DNA from: Mustelus asterias
Taxonomy: Eukaryota
Length of the DNA stretch: 64,000 bases
Reading direction: 5' to 3'
NCBI RefSeq assembly: GCF_964213995.1
Contig: NC_135823.1
Location: 930,001-994,000 of the forward strand
Positions 60,526 to 64,000 of the stretch are shown here, piece after piece. Numbering within the stretch: position 1 is the first letter of the stretch; each line of letters begins with the position of its first letter. The notes beneath the pieces are model-generated. The model made no database searches. It had not been told where the DNA came from and worked only from the letters and a program-made list of their open reading frames with translations. Both the position numbers and the translations under genes were made by a program.

Positions 60526-61859
60526 ATTCGATTGTTATAAATGATCAACTGAATAATATCAAATTATGGAATTTAATTTGTGGAAGAACATTTTTTTCTT
60601 ATGGGTCTTTCCAATTTGGCTATCTGCTGATGCTGTGGTTCTCATCAGTGACGCCCCAGGTGAGCCAATGTCGAGAAATAGCAGTTTCCGATTGGTTTAT
60701 TGAGGGCGATAAATCCTACTGACCTCATTTCCTGTTGTCCTCGACTGGCTCTCTCGTGTCAATTATATGTTGCACCATCGCCCTTTATATATTTTTTTGT
60801 CAATTTTAAGACTTTTTGCGAAGATAAAGGAGTTTTTTTTGCCTTTGTGTGCAGTTCTTGTCACCAGGAAGTATTTGACTGAACGAGGGACAGTGCAGAA
60901 GAGATTCACCAGGATGCTGCTTGGGTGAATATGTGGTCAAACACTCAGAAATGTGTATCCTCTCAGATTTTGCTTATTGGTACATATTCCTCTCTTCTCT
61001 CTCTCACTCCAGCTGAATATCTTGTTGCAAATCGTGTGCAACACAAGAATTCGGAAAATGGATAATAGCTATGCGGGAAAATGGAACAAATGCATTGTGG
61101 TTGCATCACAGCATCGTGGTTGCATCATACCATTGTGGTAATCTGATACATTTTTTTTATTCATGGGACAGGGGCATGATTTATTGTCCATCTCTTGTTG
61201 CCCATCAACTGAGTGGATTGATAGGACATCAGAAGGTGCTTTCGAGTCAAACACAATGGTGTCAATAGAATCAAAACGGGTAGCAGAGGCCCCAAGGCCC
61301 ATCGAGTCTGTGGTGACGCACGAGAAACACCTGAACTCCCACCTAATCCCATTTTCCAGCACTTGGCCCATAGCCATGTAGGCAACACCAGGTAAGGAGA
61401 GTTTTCCTACCCTAAAGGGGCATTAGCAAACCAGATGGGTTTTCCCAACAATCGGCAATGGTGATCCGTAAATTCTTAATTTGAGATTTGCTTTTACATG
61501 GATTCAAATTCAAAACTGCTGCGGCCTTTTTCGAACCCAGGTCCCCAAGACATTAGCCACTCGGCCATCCGCTCCTCTAATAATTAAATTCCGACTAATC
61601 AGGACATAACTGGATGAGGAAATGACACGTGGTGACATGGAAATCCAAGTGCCACAGAGAGCATAAATCGAAATTAATTTCTTCCTCCATAATATTGTAC
61701 TCATCCTATTGCTCGGAAATGTACGATAAATGATAAATGCAATCACGAACTTACTCTAAAGTTCTGATGATAACATTGGAAATTCCATGCATCGCTGCAT
61801 GGACCCGTCTCTCACATTGCGTTCCAATTCTATAAATGATCAAACCTCTCATCCACAAG

Positions 61860-64000
61860 CAGTGACATACATCTGAATCTCGGACTGATATTGACAACTC
61901 AACAGAGTTCGCAGAATCATGAAGATTGCATTTAATTATAAGTGTAATACTGATCAAGATTAAGACAAAACATCGTTATAAAGATGGAATAATTAATTGA
62001 TGCTCACGCGTCAACATTTCCACAGATAATTTGTACACTTCCTGTGAGTAACATGAGCTATAAAATCAGCAGAAAACTTTCAGGGAATCTCAGGAAAGTT
62101 TCTCAGCATTGATCAATCTTTCTTCCACCGATGACGAACACAGTTGCAGTGGATTATCGCAAATTCAAAGTCCAATAATTTACCGTGAACATTGGAGCCA
62201 AACGTTTGGTGAATGCGCGGGGAAAGTTTAGCTGTTTGAAGAGAGCCTCCTTGGCTCCATGTTTATTTCCTGCAGGCTGTGGGGTTTGGGGGAAATCCTC
62301 CCTCCTTCATACAGCATCATTCGGATTCTAATTATCGACGCGCCTTCTTTTTCGATCTCTTATCCAAAGCGGCCAAATCCAGGGAGGCGTAGAGAGGTCC
62401 ACTCTGAAACATTCGCAAATCATAGACTCATCACAGAGGACAATAAAATCCTGCAGTGCAGCAGGAGGCCATTGGGCCCATAAATATTTAAGATTATCCC
62501 GAACATCAAATACGTGACATAAAATCAAAGAATGATACAGCTCAGAAGGAGACTTTTTGGTCCATTGAATCCGTGCTGGACCTTTTTTTATTCATTCGTG
62601 AGACATGGACTTCGCTGGCTTTGCCCATTCCCAATAGTTCTTCAGAGGGCAGTTGAGAGTTAACCATATTGCTATGGCTCTGGAGTTACATGCACGCCAG
62701 ATCAGGTACGAATGGCAGATTGCCTTCCCGAAGGAAGACAAGGTTAACTTGATGGGGTTTTCTGACAATGGTTTCATGGTCATTTGGAGGTTTATAATTT
62801 CAGATTTTGTTTTACTGAATACAAATTTAACCACCTGCCGGAGCGGGATTGGATCACGGTCCCGAGGCCATTAGCATGAGCATCTGGATTAACAGTCTCG
62901 TGATAAGATGATTAGGCCATCGCCTTTCACTTAGATCAAGCTTCACTTTAACTTTCCCCATAACGAGCAGCTATGTTCTTTCCAACAAATAGTTATCCCA
63001 TTCCCTTTTGAAACTGACGATTAAATCTGCTTCCACTGGCCTCTATCACAATTGCACATTTGGTGGTTTATTTTTCTTGAATGGAAGAGATAGACTGTAA
63101 CATAGCAAGACCAGAAAACATAAGAGCAGAAGTAGTCAATTTCGCCCAGCGAGTCTGCCCCGCAGAATGAGTTCATGACTGTTCTGATGTGACAATTTTC
63201 AACTCCACTTTCACACCTTTTTCCCATAACCCTTGATTCGCTTACTGATTCAGAATCTGTCTATCTCAGTCTTGAACATGCTTAGCGACCCATCCCCTAT
63301 AGGCTGAAATTGATTGAAAAAACGTCGTGACAGAGAAGCAGAATTTGGAATGCGACTTACACAGAAAACGCCAACATTTATGCAGAACACTGGTGTAATG
63401 TTTCTATCAATTTGATTACTGTTCAACAGCCAATCCGATTACAAAGTTTCCACAAGTGTAATGTTGAAGATTCCCTGACTAGCGTCTCAGCATTTATCCT
63501 GTCGGGCACCTTCTGATTCATACACCTTTCGGCCCATCAATTCTGCACCGACACAGTGTATTTTACCCAAACCTTCTCTCCCACTCTATCCCCGTAACCC
63601 CACACATTTACCATGGTTAATCGATCTAACCTACACATCGTGGGATACTAATGCTCCATGTAAACGACACCTGGGAGGAAATCGGAGCTCCCTTAGCGAA
63701 CTCACGCAGACACGGGGGAGAACATGCAAACTCCACACAGACAGCCACCCAAGGAATTTAACTCGGGTTCCTGGCGTTGTGAGGCAGCAGTGCGAACCAT
63801 TGTGCCATTGTGCAGCCTTTGATCCCTGTGTTTCGGCAAATCCTCAAAAGTAATCACAACCATCCACACACAATCAAAAATCTTGTAACCATTGAACCAC
63901 AGGACAGATACTGCATAGAAAGAGGCCATTCCCAGATCTTGTCTGTGCCGTCTAGAAAGTTCGCTGTCTATTCTAATCCCACTGCCCAGCACCCAATCTG
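61860..64000. repeat. Segmental duplication: inverted homologue of ~37790-39900 (gene B 3' flank), runs off window edge
   Basis: Reverse-complement matches such as 63880-64000 vs 37788-37900, 62170-62580 vs 39200-39640 and 61862-62100 vs 39670-39900. Confidence 0.85.
63530..63812 (-). mobile_element. HE1-type SINE
   Basis: Same consensus, reverse strand. Confidence 0.7.

Overview
Eukaryotic, repeat-rich genomic DNA, almost certainly from a shark/elasmobranch (HE1-type tRNA SINEs, DeuSINE remnants, many CR1 and Rex1/Babar LINE 3' fragments, a Penelope end, solo LTRs). Nearly all listed ORFs are repeat fragments or chance ORFs. The real content is a small cluster of non-rearranging, antigen-receptor-like genes. 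Gene A (minus strand, ~13869-10488) is leader / germline-joined V+J / C1 / TM with all phase-1 introns; its V, C and TM exons are open, but the leader has an in-frame TGA. Gene B (plus strand, 32620-35440) is a very divergent second chain with the same VJ-C1-TM layout, a TCR-alpha-like basic TM segment, and inactivating lesions. An orphan copy of gene A's TM exon lies at 52383. The window is a mosaic of multi-kb inverted and direct segmental duplications whose flanks predict further B-type copies just beyond both edges. No RSS, tRNA/rRNA genes or CRISPR arrays were found. Exon boundaries were read base by base; repeat and duplication boundaries are approximate; TE family names rest on recalled motifs, not database searches.
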